In this document: positions 18,236 through 28,958 of the stretch, piece by piece
Layout of the letters: every line of letters begins with the position of its first letter
Numbering within the stretch: the first letter of the stretch is position 1
NCBI GenBank assembly: GCA_947629975.1
Contig: CANRFU010000001.1
Coordinates: 255 to 64,254, forward strand
Source: an uncultured Oscillospiraceae bacterium
GTDB lineage: Bacteria > Bacillota > Clostridia > Oscillospirales > Oscillospiraceae
Direction of reading: 5' to 3'
Length of the DNA stretch: 64,000 nucleotides
Program-made: the position numbers and the translations under genes
The notes under the pieces: generated by a model
What the model saw: the letters and a program-made list of their open reading frames with translations, nothing else
Database searches by the model: none
What the model was told of the DNA's origin: nothing

Positions 18236-19689
18236 CGCTCCGCCTCCTGCCTGAAGTAGCCCCGCAGGTCAAAGGCGTGATCCATAGGCCCGCTGCCCGC
18301 CCCCAGATCCAGCATGGCGGCCAGCGCGCCGGAGAGATAGTCCTTCGCCCGGCGGATGGACTCCGGCAGATCGAAGCCCTTGGCCAGGTTGGCGGTGATG
18401 GCGCTGGACAGAGTGCAGCCGGTGCCGTGTGTGTTGGGATTGCGGATGCGCACTCCCCGGAACCAGGTGAATGTCCCGTGATCGTACAGCAGATCGTCGG
18501 CGTCGCAGAGACTGTGGCCCCCCTTGCAGAGGACGGCGCAGCCGTACCGGTCCCCGATCTGTTCCGCCGCCCGCTCCATGTCCCCTGGCGTGCGGACAGA
18601 CAGCCCGGACAGGGCCTCCGCCTCCGGGATGTTGGGGGTGATGACCGAGGCCAGCGGCAGCAGTTCCGCTTTCAGGGTGTCCACGGCGTCATCGGAGATC
18701 AGTCTGGCTCCGCTGGTGGCTGCCATCACCGGGTCCACTACGATGTTTTTGGCCCCGTAATACCGCAGCCTGTCACCGATCACCCGGATCAGGGCGGCGG
18801 AGGAAACCATGCCGATCTTTACCGCGCCGGGCCGGATGTCCCCGAACACCGCGTCGATCTGCTTTTTCAAGAACTCCGGCGTGGACTCCAGGATGCCGGT
18901 GACGCCGGTGGTATTCTGGGCGGTGAGGGCTGTGACAGCGCTCATGGCGAACACGCCGTTCATCGTCATGGTCTTCAGATCCGCCTGGATGCCCGCGCCG
19001 CCGCTGGAGTCGCTGCCGGCGATGGCGAGGGCGACGGGCCTGGTCCTTCCGGCGTTTACCGCCTCCATCACCCGGAGCCTCAAGGTCCTGGCTGCCCGCC
19101 CGATGTCCGGCTGGCCGAAGATGCCGCCGATGGCCGCCGCGCCGCTGATCCCCGTGCCGGCCAGTTCCCTCACGTTGTCCGCATTTACCCCGCCGATGGC
19201 CGCCACCGGGATGGACACCGCGGCGCAGATGGCCTTCAGCGTCTCCCGGTCCATGGGTCTGGCATCCGCCTTGGAACCTGTGGAGAACACCGCCCCGGAG
19301 CCCAGATAGTCGGCTCCGGCAGCCTGGGCGGCCCTGGCCTGTTCCACCGTTCGGGCGGACACGCCGATGACGGCCCAGGGGCCCAGCAGCCTTCTCGCCT
19401 CGGCCGGGTCCATGTCCCCCTGCCCCAGGTGGACGCCGTCGGCGCCGGAGGCCAGGGCGACCTCCACGCTGTCGTTGACGATGAGGGGCGCGCCATAGGC
19501 GTGGCACAGGACGGCCAGTTCCCTGGCCTGGGTGATACAGGCGTCCCGGTCCAGCCCCTTCTCCCGGAGCTGGACCATGGTCACGCCCCCCTCCAGCGCC
19601 CGGCGCACATGCTCCGTCAGGGATTCTCCCCCGAGCCAACGCCGGTCGGTGACGGCGTACAGCAGGATATGTTCTCTCAGGTCTCTCAC
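18232..19689 (-). CDS. thiE-thiD: Fused thiamine-phosphate synthase / hydroxymethylpyrimidine(-phosphate) kinase
   Basis: N-terminal VTMVQLREK, LIVND, GVHLGQGD, AIGG; C-terminal IAGSDSSGGAGIQADLK, VVDPVM, TPNIPE, THGTGCTLSS. Confidence 0.93.
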   Translation of the reverse strand: MRDLREHILLYAVTDRRWLGGESLTEHVRRALEGGVTMVQLREKGLDRDACITQARELAVLCHAYGAPLIVNDSVEVALASGADGVHLGQGDMDPAEARRLLGPWAVIGVSARTVEQARAAQAAGADYLGSGAVFSTGSKADARPMDRETLKAICAAVSIPVAAIGGVNADNVRELAGTGISGAAAIGGIFGQPDIGRAARTLRLRVMEAVNAGRTRPVALAIAGSDSSGGAGIQADLKTMTMNGVFAMSAVTALTAQNTTGVTGILESTPEFLKKQIDAVFGDIRPGAVKIGMVSSAALIRVIGDRLRYYGAKNIVVDPVMAATSGARLISDDAVDTLKAELLPLASVITPNIPEAEALSGLSVRTPGDMERAAEQIGDRYGCAVLCKGGHSLCDADDLLYDHGTFTWFRGVRIRNPNTHGTGCTLSSAITANLAKGFDLPESIRRAKDYLSGALAAMLDLGAGSGPMDHAFDLRGYFRQEAER

Positions 19690-19707
19690 GGGCGCGGTCC
19701 CCCCTGT

Positions 19708-20463
19708 TCAGTCCTTTAGGATCAGCGATACCGGGCAGTGGTCACTGCCATAGATATCGGAGTGGATGGCGGCCCCTTCCACCCGGTCCATGAGCCGCTC
19801 AGACACGATAAAGTAGTCGATGCGCCATCCGGCATTGTTCTCCCTGGCGTGGAAGCGGTAGCTCCACCAGGAATAGGCGCCGGTCAGGTCCGGGTGCAGC
19901 CGCCGGAAGGCGTCCGCGAATCCGGACGACAGCAGCCGGGTCATTTTGGCCCGCTCCTGGTCGGAGAAGCCGGCGTTTCCCCGGTTGGTCCTGGGATTTT
20001 TCAGGTCGATCTCCTCATGGGCCACGTTCAGGTCCCCGCAGTAGATCACCGGCCTGGTTTTGTCCAGGCTTTTCAGGTAGTCCAGCAGGTCGTCCTCCCA
20101 GTTCTCCCGGTAGTCGATGCGGGCCAGCCCCTCCTGGGCGTTGGGGGTGTAGCAGTTCACCAGCCAGAAGTCCGGATACTCCAGGGTGATGAGCCGCCCC
20201 TCGTGATCGTGCCTGTCCACGTCCATGCCGTATGACACGGACAGGGGCGCCTCCCGCGTGAAAACGGCGGTGCCCGAGTAGCCCTTCTTCTCCGCCGAGT
20301 TCCAGAACTCATGGTAGCCTGGCAGGTCCACCTCCGCCTGCCCCCGCTCCATCTTGGTCTCCTGGAGGCAGATCACATCGGCGTCCAGGGCGGCGATAGA
20401 CTCCGGAAAGCCCTTTTTCAGGCAGGCCCTCAGGCCGTTCACATTCCATGATACCAGCTTCAC
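19708..20463 (-). CDS. exoA: Exodeoxyribonuclease III / AP endonuclease
   Basis: SWNVNGLRA, LQETK, CGDLNVAH, GWRIDYF, SDHCPV. Confidence 0.96.
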   Translation of the reverse strand: MKLVSWNVNGLRACLKKGFPESIAALDADVICLQETKMERGQAEVDLPGYHEFWNSAEKKGYSGTAVFTREAPLSVSYGMDVDRHDHEGRLITLEYPDFWLVNCYTPNAQEGLARIDYRENWEDDLLDYLKSLDKTRPVIYCGDLNVAHEEIDLKNPRTNRGNAGFSDQERAKMTRLLSSGFADAFRRLHPDLTGAYSWWSYRFHARENNAGWRIDYFIVSERLMDRVEGAAIHSDIYGSDHCPVSLILKD

Positions 20464-20544
20464 AGCGCTCTCCCCTTTCGCGATGTCATTTTAAATCCTG
20501 ACCGCGCGCGTTGTCAATCCCCGCCGTCTGTTTTGGGCTGGGTG

Positions 20545-20573
20545 TTGACTTTTTCTCCGGGAAGCCGTATTCT
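20545..20573 (+). promoter_or_regulatory. Sigma-A promoter of asnB; a divergent exoA promoter lies at 20488-20517
   Basis: TTGACT-17-TATTCT; on the minus strand TTGACA-18-TAAAAT. Confidence 0.6.
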
Positions 20574-20635
20574 AATAGAAGTTATGCGCGGCTCCGTTTC
20601 CGAACGTTCAACACCCAATGGGAGGTCTTTTACCT

Positions 20636-22507
20636 ATGTGCGGCATCACCGGCTTCGTATCCCGCTCCGCCCCCGACGTGGACGCCCTCCATGCCATGGG
20701 CGACACCATAAGGCACCGCGGTCCCGACGGCGAGGGCTACTATGTGGACGACCACTGCGCCATCGCCCACCGGCGGCTGTCCATCATCGACCTGGCGGGC
20801 GGCAGTCAGCCCATGTACAGCCCGGACGGGCGGTACGTCATCGCCTACAACGGCGAGATCTACAACTACCGGGAGCTGCGGGAGGAGTTGAAGGCGGCGG
20901 GCGTCCCCTTCTCCACCAACTGCGACACCGAGGTCATCCTGATGGGCTACGCCCACTGGGGCGTCGAGGTCACCAAAAAACTCCGGGGCATGTTCGCCTT
21001 CGTCATCTGGGACAAGGAGAAGCGGGAGCTGTTCGGCGCCCGGGACCCCTTCGGCATCAAGCCCTTTTATTACGCCCCCATGGGGGATTACTTCTTCTTC
21101 GGCTCCGAGTGCAAGAGCTTCCTCCCCCACCCCGCCTTCAAAAAGGAACTGAACGGCGACGCGCTGAAACTCTACCTCACCTTCCAGTACTCAGCCCTGA
21201 ACGAGTCCTTCTTCAAGGGGGTATACCGGCTGCTGCCGGGGCATTACTTCCTCCACCGGGACGGGATCACCGAGTTCTACTCCTACGCCAAGCTGACCTT
21301 TGACCCGGAGAACATGCCCCTGGAGGAGCGCACCAAACAGATCCGGGAGACCGTCTCCCGCTCGGTGGAGGCCCACCAGATCAGCGACGTGGAGGTGGGC
21401 GCCTTCCTGTCCGGCGGCATCGACTCCAGCGTCATCACCGCCCTGTCCCGGCCAGACAAGACCTACTCCGTGGGCTTCGAGCGGGAGGGCTTCAACGAGA
21501 CCCACGAGGCCCAGGAGCTCTGCAAGGAACTGGGGCTGAAGAACTACTCCAAGGTCATCACCGCCCAGGAGTTTTTTGACGTGCTGCCCACGGTGCAGTA
21601 CTTTGCCGACGAGCCAAACGCCAACCTGTCCACTGTGCCGCTGTACTTTTTGTCCCGGCTGGCGGCCCAGGACGTGAAGGTGGTCCTCTCCGGCGAGGGA
21701 GCGGACGAGCTGTTCGCGGGGTATGAGACCTACCACACCACCCGGCTGTTCCGGGCCTGGCGCAGGATGCCCAAATTGATGCGCAAGGCCGCCGCGGCGG
21801 CGGCGTCCAGGCTGCCCAAGTTCCACGGCCAGGGCTTTTTGAAAAAGGCGGCCAAAGAGGTCCGGGAGTACTTCGTGGGGCAGGCGTTCATCTTCGATAA
21901 CGACGAGGCGGAGCGGGTGCTGGCTCCCAAGTACCGCAGCGTCCTCACCTGGCGGGACGTGACCGGCCCTTATTTCGACGCGGTAGAGGACGCCGACGAT
22001 CTCATCAAGATGCAGTACCTGGATCTGCACCTGTGGCAGCCCCTGGACATCCTCCGCAAGGCGGACCGGATGACCATGGCCAACGCTCTGGAACTGCGGG
22101 TGCCCTACCTGGACCGGGAGGTATGGGCGGTGGCCCGCGCCATCCCCAGCAGCCAGAAGATGCGGGGCAGGATGGTGACCAAATATCCCCTGCGCATGGC
22201 CGCCGTCCCCCTGCTGCCGGATGACTGGGTCAACCGGCCCAAGGCGGGCTTCCTGGTGCCCTTTATCGCCTGGCTGCGGGAGGAAAAGTACTACAACTGG
22301 GCCAAGGAGATCATCAATCGGGAGTACGTCTCCGAGTTCTTCGACCGGGACTATCTGCTGGACCTGCTGGAGCGCCACTACTCCGGAAAGGAAAAGACCC
22401 ACCGGAAGCTGTACACGGTGCTGTCCTTCCTGATCTGGTATCAGGTGTACTTCCCCGAAAAGTGCGGCGCCGGGGCCTTCGTGCCGCCGGAACCTCCCAG
22501 ACGCTGA
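20636..22507 (+). CDS. asnB: Asparagine synthase (glutamine-hydrolysing) family amidotransferase
   Basis: N-terminal MCGI, HRGPDG, HRRLSIID, NGEIYN, FLSGGIDSS, SGEGADE. Confidence 0.95.
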   Translation: MCGITGFVSRSAPDVDALHAMGDTIRHRGPDGEGYYVDDHCAIAHRRLSIIDLAGGSQPMYSPDGRYVIAYNGEIYNYRELREELKAAGVPFSTNCDTEVILMGYAHWGVEVTKKLRGMFAFVIWDKEKRELFGARDPFGIKPFYYAPMGDYFFFGSECKSFLPHPAFKKELNGDALKLYLTFQYSALNESFFKGVYRLLPGHYFLHRDGITEFYSYAKLTFDPENMPLEERTKQIRETVSRSVEAHQISDVEVGAFLSGGIDSSVITALSRPDKTYSVGFEREGFNETHEAQELCKELGLKNYSKVITAQEFFDVLPTVQYFADEPNANLSTVPLYFLSRLAAQDVKVVLSGEGADELFAGYETYHTTRLFRAWRRMPKLMRKAAAAAASRLPKFHGQGFLKKAAKEVREYFVGQAFIFDNDEAERVLAPKYRSVLTWRDVTGPYFDAVEDADDLIKMQYLDLHLWQPLDILRKADRMTMANALELRVPYLDREVWAVARAIPSSQKMRGRMVTKYPLRMAAVPLLPDDWVNRPKAGFLVPFIAWLREEKYYNWAKEIINREYVSEFFDRDYLLDLLERHYSGKEKTHRKLYTVLSFLIWYQVYFPEKCGAGAFVPPEPPRR

Positions 22508-22529
22508 ACTCAATGTGGACGGATACAGG

Positions 22530-22558
22530 AAATCCCTCTCGTCTTTTGAGAGGGATTT
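22530..22558. terminator. Hairpin between convergent genes
   Basis: AAATCCCTCTC-GTCTTTT-GAGAGGGATTT. Confidence 0.65.
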
Positions 22559-22562
22559 CCTG

Positions 22563-23993
22563 TCACACGGAGGCGGAAGGCCCCTCCGTCGGCCCTGCTG
22601 CGCAGCGCCTGATTTCCATCGCCAGCGCCGCTGCGCCGAACCCCAGCGCGATCAGCATGGACAGGGCCTCCAGCCCCATGACGAACTGATACCTGCCCAG
22701 GGTGAGCACATAATTGTATTTCAGACGCAGATAGACAAAATAAGAGGCCAGGGACGCGCCCTCCGCCAGGACGGCCGCCGGGAGCCGCCGCCAGCCGGCG
22801 CAGGCCCAACACAGGCAAATCGTGTCCGCCAGGATGAAATACCGCTCGTGCATATGGGGCAGCAGGAAGGGGACGCCGATGACCAGCACTACGGCCATGG
22901 CCATTGCCGCGCCGCCGTCCATCCGCCGGCCCAGCCGCAGGGCGACGCCCAGCAGGACCAGTACCAGCGCGAAGGCCGCCAGGACGCCGACCCGGGCCGC
23001 CAGTCCCCTGTCCACCTCCGCGCCCGCGGGGATGAACTGATACGCCGACGGGGCGTTCAGCACCAACCGGTCGCTGTACTCCCCCATCTGCCCGAAGTAG
23101 ACCCCCAGGATATCCTCCAGCGGCTTGCCCAGGCGCAGCGCGGGCAGGATGGTGACCAGATAGGCCAGCGGGAACACCATCAACTCCCGGAATCTGACCC
23201 GTTTGGACAGCCACAGCGCCCCCCACAGGGGCATGAGGAACACCGTCTGGAGCTTGAAGGAGAAGGCGACGGCCAGCAGGACCACCGAGGGGACGTTTTT
23301 CCCCTCCAGCGCCAGGGCCAGGGCGTGGACGCACAGGGCGGCGTAGATGGCGTCGCATTGGCCCCAGAGGGAGCCGTTGAGCACCACCGTGGGCAGGAGC
23401 AGGAGGACCGCGTAGGCGGCGAAGGGGGCCCTGTCCCCCGCCCGCTTTCCCCGCAGGACATTGACCAGCCGGAACCCGCCCCAGGCCAGCAGCACATCGA
23501 ACAGGATGGAGAACAGCTTGATGACATACAGGTCGGGCAGTTTCAGGTAGGACGCCGCCGCCAGAAAGTACAGGTAGGGCACATTGTAGTCCCCTACGCT
23601 GCCGGCGATGGCCGCAAAGCCGCCGTTGGCGCGAAAATACTCCATCCAGTGGGACAGGAAGTTGTTGAAGTCCCCGCTGACGTAGTCGAGGCACACCGCC
23701 CGCAGCAGCAGGGCCGCCCCGATGGGCAGCAGCATGGTCATCCGCTCGGAGCGGTCCGCCCCCTCCAGGATCAGCAGGAACAGGGCCAGCACCCCCAGCA
23801 GGCCCAGCATGACGGCGGCCGCGATCCGGTCGCCGGCGCTCCCCAATGGCGGGCCGAACTGGCCGATCCCGTTGTTGAACCACTCCAGCCAGTCCAGGTC
23901 CAGATTCACCGCCGCCTGGACCGCCGCGGCCAGACAGAGCAGGCCCAATACCCCGCACAGCGGGGCCGGTCTGATGGTTCTGCGCTGCTCCAT
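22563..23993 (-). CDS. GT-C fold membrane glycosyltransferase-like protein (GT87/DUF2029-like)
   Basis: Many TMs with loop motifs SGDFNNFL, DYNVPYLY, WGQCDAIY, HERY. Confidence 0.65.
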   Translation of the reverse strand: MEQRRTIRPAPLCGVLGLLCLAAAVQAAVNLDLDWLEWFNNGIGQFGPPLGSAGDRIAAAVMLGLLGVLALFLLILEGADRSERMTMLLPIGAALLLRAVCLDYVSGDFNNFLSHWMEYFRANGGFAAIAGSVGDYNVPYLYFLAAASYLKLPDLYVIKLFSILFDVLLAWGGFRLVNVLRGKRAGDRAPFAAYAVLLLLPTVVLNGSLWGQCDAIYAALCVHALALALEGKNVPSVVLLAVAFSFKLQTVFLMPLWGALWLSKRVRFRELMVFPLAYLVTILPALRLGKPLEDILGVYFGQMGEYSDRLVLNAPSAYQFIPAGAEVDRGLAARVGVLAAFALVLVLLGVALRLGRRMDGGAAMAMAVVLVIGVPFLLPHMHERYFILADTICLCWACAGWRRLPAAVLAEGASLASYFVYLRLKYNYVLTLGRYQFVMGLEALSMLIALGFGAAALAMEIRRCAAGPTEGPSASV

Positions 23994-24178
23994 TGGGATG
24001 CTCCTCTCCGCAGATTTCGTCAAAAGTCGGCTGCCATTCATAAATCTGCTATTGAAAATGCCCCGCCGATTCTATATAATGTCTTGTTGGGGCAATTCGC
24101 TCCCTTGATTATGCAATAAACCGATTTCATTGTCAAGCTTCCACAGGAGGCGGGACAATGGTCTGAGAGGTGCGATCT

Positions 24179-27109
24179 ATGATCCTTCGCGTCGGCATCG
24201 ACATCGGCTCCACCACCGTGAAGGTGGTTGTGCTGGACGAGGACAACAAGCTGCTGTTCCGCTCCTACGAGCGGCACTATTCCAAGGCCCGGGAGCGGGC
24301 CTGCGAGACCCTGCGCTCCATCGAGGATATGCTGAAGGGCCGGGACGTGCGCCTGGTCATCACCGGCTCCGCCGGCCTGGGCGTGGCCAAGGCCGCCGGG
24401 CTGGACTTCGTCCAGGAGGTGTACTCCACCGCCGCCGCCGTCAACCAGTTCATCCCGGACACCGACGCCGTCATCGAGCTGGGCGGCGAGGACGCCAAGA
24501 TCATCTTCTTTGGCGGGGCGCTGGAGGAGCGGATGAACGGCTCCTGCGCCGGCGGCACCGGGGCCTTCATCGACCAGATGGCCACATTGATGAACGTCAC
24601 CGTGAACGAGCTGGACGAATTGTCCCTCAAGCACGAGAAGATCTATCCCATCGCCTCCCGGTGCGGCGTGTTCGCCAAGAGCGACATCCAGCCCATCCTG
24701 AACCAGGGCGGGCGGAAGGAGGACGTGGCCGCCTCCATCTTCCAGGCGGTGGTGGACCAGACGGTGGCCGGTCTGACCCAGGGGCGGGAGCTCAAGGGCA
24801 AGATCGTGTTCCTGGGCGGGCCGCTGCACTTCCTCATGGGCCTGCGGGAGCGGTTCGTGGAAACGCTGCAATTAGACGAGGACCACGCCATCTTCCCGGA
24901 GGACGGGGACTGCTTCGCCGCCATCGGCGCGGCGCTGTGTTCTTCCGACTACCCCGTGCGGCCCTTCGACGAGCTGTTCAAGCTACTGGAGGAGAGCCGT
25001 GGGGCCACCTCGGTGGTGGACACCATGCCCCCCCTGTTCGCCAGCCGGGAGGAGTACGACGCCTTCACCGCCAGGCACAATTCCTCCACCCCGCCCAAGG
25101 CGGACATCAACACCTACACCGGCGACGCGTACTTAGGCATCGACGCCGGCTCCACCACCACTAAGATGGCCCTCATCGCCCCCGACGGCGGGCTGCTGTA
25201 CACCTACTACCACTCCAACCAGGGCAACCCCGTGGCCATCGTGCTGGACCAGCTGAAGACCATCTACGGCCTCTGCGGGGACCGGATCGTCATCAAGGGC
25301 TCCGCCGTCACCGGCTACGGCGAGGACCTCATCAAAAACGCCTTCTCCTGCGATTTGGGACTGGTAGAGACGGTGGCCCACTACCGGGCTGCCGCCCACT
25401 TCAACCCCGACGTGGACTTCATCATCGACATCGGCGGCCAGGACATGAAGTGCTTCAAGATCCGCAACGGCGCGGTGGACTCCATCATGCTCAACGAGGC
25501 CTGTTCCTCCGGCTGCGGCTCCTTTATCGAGACCTTCGCCAAGGCCCTGGGGTACGACATCGCCGACTTCGCCAAGCTGGGCCTGTTCACCAAAAAGCCG
25601 GTGAACCTGGGCTCCCGCTGCACCGTGTTCATGAACTCCAGCGTGAAGCAGGCCCAGAAGGACGGCGCCTCGGTGGAGGACATCTCCGCCGGCCTCTCCA
25701 TCTCCATCGTGAAGAACGCCATCTACAAGGTCATCCGGGCGGCCAACGCCGACGACCTGGGCAAACACATCGTGGTCCAGGGGGGCACCTTCTACAACGA
25801 CGCGGTGCTCCGCGCCTTCGAGCAGGAGCTGGGCAGGGAGGTCACCCGCCCCACCATCGCCGGCATCATGGGGGCTTTCGGCGCCGCCCTGGCCGCCAAG
25901 AAGCTGGGCCTGGAGAAGTCCAATCTGTTAAGCCTTGACGCCTTACAGTCCTTCACCCACACGGCGCGGCCCGTCACCTGCGGTCTCTGTACCAACCACT
26001 GCTCCCTCACCGTCAACACCTTCGACGGGGGGCGGCGGTTCATCTCCGGTAACCGCTGCTCCCGGCCCCTGGGCAAGGAGAAGATCGAGCTGCCCGACCT
26101 GTACCGCTACAAGTACAAAAAGCTCCGTGCCCTGGAGGGCAAGGGGAAGGGTGACGGCTCCCGGGGCCGCATCGGCATCCCCTTCGGGCTCAATATGTAC
26201 GAGAACCTGCCCTTCTGGTTCGAGCTGTTCACCCGGCTCAACTTCGAGGTGGTCCTCTCCCCCGAGTCCTCCCGGAAGCTGTACATCAAGGGCCAGCGCA
26301 CCATCCCGTCGGACACGGTGTGCTACCCCGCCAAGCTGCTCCACGGCCACGTGGAGGCCCTGGTGGAGGCGGGGGTGGACGCCATCTTCTACCCCTGTAT
26401 GTCCTACAACTTCAACGAGAAGATCTCCGACAACCACTACAACTGCCCGGTGGTGGCCTACTATCCCGAGCTGCTGGCCGCCAACATCCCCGACCTGAAA
26501 AAGACCCGCTTTCTGAATCCCTACGCCGGCCTCCACCGGCCCCACGACTACGAGCGCATCGGCTCCCAGTGGTTCGCCGACACCTTCGGCGTCCCCCGGC
26601 ACGAGGCGAAGGAGGCTATTCGGGCCGCCTATGAGGCGTATCACGCCTACGAGGAGGACGTGCGGGCCACGGGCAAAGCCTACATCGAGGAGGCCCGGGC
26701 GGCGGGCAGGCCCATCATCGTGCTGGCGGGCCGGCCCTATCACATCGACCCGGAGATCAACCACGGCATCGACGAGCTCATCGGCTCCTTCGGCTTCTAC
26801 GTGGTCAGCGAGGACGCGGTGGCCTACCTGGAGGACTACGCCCCCCGGAAGGTGCTGAACCAGTGGACCTTCCAGGCCCGGATGTACAACGCTGCCCGGT
26901 ACGTCTGCACCCAGCCGGATATGCAGCTCATCCAGCTTGTATCCTTCGGCTGCGGCACCGACGCCATCACCGGCGACGAGGTCCGCTCCATCCTGGAACA
27001 GGGCGGCAAGCTCTACACCCAGCTGAAGATCGATGACATCAGCAACCTGGGCGCCGTCAGGATCCGGGTGCGCTCCCTGATGGCCGCCATGGAGGAGCGA
27101 AAGGCGTGA
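24179..27109 (+). CDS. 2-hydroxyacyl-CoA dehydratase activase-like protein (two ASKHA domains plus a DUF2229-like domain)
   Basis: GIDIGSTT / GIDAGSTT, ELGGED / DIGGQD, CAGGTG / CSSGCG, CGVF / CTVF, SFGCG. Confidence 0.85.
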   Translation: MILRVGIDIGSTTVKVVVLDEDNKLLFRSYERHYSKARERACETLRSIEDMLKGRDVRLVITGSAGLGVAKAAGLDFVQEVYSTAAAVNQFIPDTDAVIELGGEDAKIIFFGGALEERMNGSCAGGTGAFIDQMATLMNVTVNELDELSLKHEKIYPIASRCGVFAKSDIQPILNQGGRKEDVAASIFQAVVDQTVAGLTQGRELKGKIVFLGGPLHFLMGLRERFVETLQLDEDHAIFPEDGDCFAAIGAALCSSDYPVRPFDELFKLLEESRGATSVVDTMPPLFASREEYDAFTARHNSSTPPKADINTYTGDAYLGIDAGSTTTKMALIAPDGGLLYTYYHSNQGNPVAIVLDQLKTIYGLCGDRIVIKGSAVTGYGEDLIKNAFSCDLGLVETVAHYRAAAHFNPDVDFIIDIGGQDMKCFKIRNGAVDSIMLNEACSSGCGSFIETFAKALGYDIADFAKLGLFTKKPVNLGSRCTVFMNSSVKQAQKDGASVEDISAGLSISIVKNAIYKVIRAANADDLGKHIVVQGGTFYNDAVLRAFEQELGREVTRPTIAGIMGAFGAALAAKKLGLEKSNLLSLDALQSFTHTARPVTCGLCTNHCSLTVNTFDGGRRFISGNRCSRPLGKEKIELPDLYRYKYKKLRALEGKGKGDGSRGRIGIPFGLNMYENLPFWFELFTRLNFEVVLSPESSRKLYIKGQRTIPSDTVCYPAKLLHGHVEALVEAGVDAIFYPCMSYNFNEKISDNHYNCPVVAYYPELLAANIPDLKKTRFLNPYAGLHRPHDYERIGSQWFADTFGVPRHEAKEAIRAAYEAYHAYEEDVRATGKAYIEEARAAGRPIIVLAGRPYHIDPEINHGIDELIGSFGFYVVSEDAVAYLEDYAPRKVLNQWTFQARMYNAARYVCTQPDMQLIQLVSFGCGTDAITGDEVRSILEQGGKLYTQLKIDDISNLGAVRIRVRSLMAAMEERKA

Positions 27110-27166
27110 TGCGCCTCGCCTCAGCGGCGCTTACGGGTCTTTCCCCGGCGAAAGGAGTTTCGATAC

Positions 27167-28468
27167 ATGGCTAAACTGGTTTTCGACAAGGACGGACGTC
27201 TCCTGTTCACCAAGGAGATGAAGGAGGAATACACCATCCTCATGCCCCAGATGCTCCCCGTCCACTTCGGCATGTTCCGGCAGCTGCTGATCCTGGAGGG
27301 CTACAAGGTGGATATGCTCACCTCCAACCACCGGGGCATCGTGGACGAGGGGCTGAAATACGTCCACAACGACACCTGCTACCCCGCCCTGCTGGTCATC
27401 GGTCAGCTCATCGACGCCATCAAGCACGGCGGGTACGACCCCCACAAGGTGGCATTGTGCATCACCCAGACCGGCGGCGGCTGCCGGGCCTCCAACTACA
27501 TCCATCTGCTCCGCAAAGCCCTGGTGAAGGCGGGGCTGGAGTTCGTGCCCGTCATCTCCATCAATCTGTCCGGCCTGGAGCACAACCCCGGCTGGTCCCT
27601 GACCCTCCCCCTGCTGCGGAAGATCATCTACGCCATGATGTACGGGGATCTGATCGTCAACGTGGCCAACCAGGTGCGGCCCTACGAGCTCAATAAAGGG
27701 GACGCCGACGCCATGGTGGAGCGCTGGGAGGAGAAGATCACCCAGGGCTTTCAGAAGGGCAAGGGCATGACCCGCAAGGAGATGCTCTCCCTGTTCGACC
27801 AGATCATCGCGGAGTTTGCCACCATCCCGGTGCGGGACGAGCAGAAGATCCGGGTGGGAGTGGTCGGCGAGATCTACGTGAAGTTCTCTCCCCTGGGCAA
27901 CAACAATCTGGAGGACTTCCTCCTGTCCGAGGGGGCGGAGCCGGTGGTGCCCGGCCTCACCGACTTCATCATCTTCAAGGTCTACAACCGCATCGTGGAC
28001 GTGGACATCTACGGCGGGCTGTGGATCAAGAAAAAGGCGTGCCAGGTCCTGAAGGGCTTCATCGAGAACTGCCAGAAGGACATGATCGCCGCGCTTAAAA
28101 AGAGCCGCTTCCGGGCCCCCGGCACCTTCGAGGAGATGCACAAGCTGGTCCACGGGTACCTGGGGGACGGGAACAAGATGGGCGAGGGGTGGCTGCTCAC
28201 CGGCGAGATGCTGGAGCTCATCCACTCCGGGGTACCCAATATCGTCTGCACCCAGCCCTTTGGGTGCCTGCCCAACCACATCGTGGGCAAGGGGATGATC
28301 CGCCGGCTGAAGGACGACTACCCCAACTCCAACATCGTGGCCATCGACTACGACCCCGGCGCCACCAAGATCAACCAGGAGAACCGCATCAAGCTGATGC
28401 TGGCCAACGCCCGGCAGCTTGCCAAGCAGGCCGCGGCGGAGGAGGAAAAAGAGCTCGTCCACACGTAA
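27167..28468 (+). CDS. Dehydratase-like partner subunit of the activase
   Basis: NDTCYPA, TGGGCRASNY, GEGWLL, QPFGCLPNHIVGKG, DYDPGA motifs. Confidence 0.75.
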   Translation: MAKLVFDKDGRLLFTKEMKEEYTILMPQMLPVHFGMFRQLLILEGYKVDMLTSNHRGIVDEGLKYVHNDTCYPALLVIGQLIDAIKHGGYDPHKVALCITQTGGGCRASNYIHLLRKALVKAGLEFVPVISINLSGLEHNPGWSLTLPLLRKIIYAMMYGDLIVNVANQVRPYELNKGDADAMVERWEEKITQGFQKGKGMTRKEMLSLFDQIIAEFATIPVRDEQKIRVGVVGEIYVKFSPLGNNNLEDFLLSEGAEPVVPGLTDFIIFKVYNRIVDVDIYGGLWIKKKACQVLKGFIENCQKDMIAALKKSRFRAPGTFEEMHKLVHGYLGDGNKMGEGWLLTGEMLELIHSGVPNIVCTQPFGCLPNHIVGKGMIRRLKDDYPNSNIVAIDYDPGATKINQENRIKLMLANARQLAKQAAAEEEKELVHT

Positions 28469-28495
28469 AAACGTCTGACAAAGGAGAGATTTCCC

Positions 28496-28945
28496 ATGAA
28501 ACTGGCAGAGGCATTGCAGGAGCGGGCCGACCTGAACCGGAAGGTCCAGCAGCTGAGAAGCCGCCTGACGGATAACGCCCTGGTGCAGGAGGGCGAAAAG
28601 CCCGCCGAGGACCCGGCGGAACTGCTAAAGGACTACGACGACGCCATGGACGCCCTGGAGACCATCACGGCCAAAATCAATCTGGCCAACTGCCGGACAG
28701 TGGTGAAGGGCAGGACCCTCACCGAGCACATCGCAAAGCGTGATATGCTGACCCAGAAGACGGCGGCTTACCGGGACCTGGCCCGCGCGGGCAGCGCCCT
28801 CACCCGGCGCGCCACCCGGGGCGAGATCAAGATTTTAAGCGCTGTCAACGTGAAGGAGCTGCAAAAGCGGGCCGATGAACTGGCCCGGGACCTGCGGCTG
28901 CTGGACAACCTGATCCAGCAGACCAATTGGACGGTGGAGCTGTAA
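28496..28945 (+). CDS. DIP1984 family helical protein
   Basis: MKLAEALQERADL...VQEGEKPAEDP...IAKRD...LLDNLIQQTNWTVEL signature; RBS AAGGAG. Confidence 0.88.
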   Translation: MKLAEALQERADLNRKVQQLRSRLTDNALVQEGEKPAEDPAELLKDYDDAMDALETITAKINLANCRTVVKGRTLTEHIAKRDMLTQKTAAYRDLARAGSALTRRATRGEIKILSAVNVKELQKRADELARDLRLLDNLIQQTNWTVEL

Positions 28946-28958
28946 AGCAGGATCGCTT

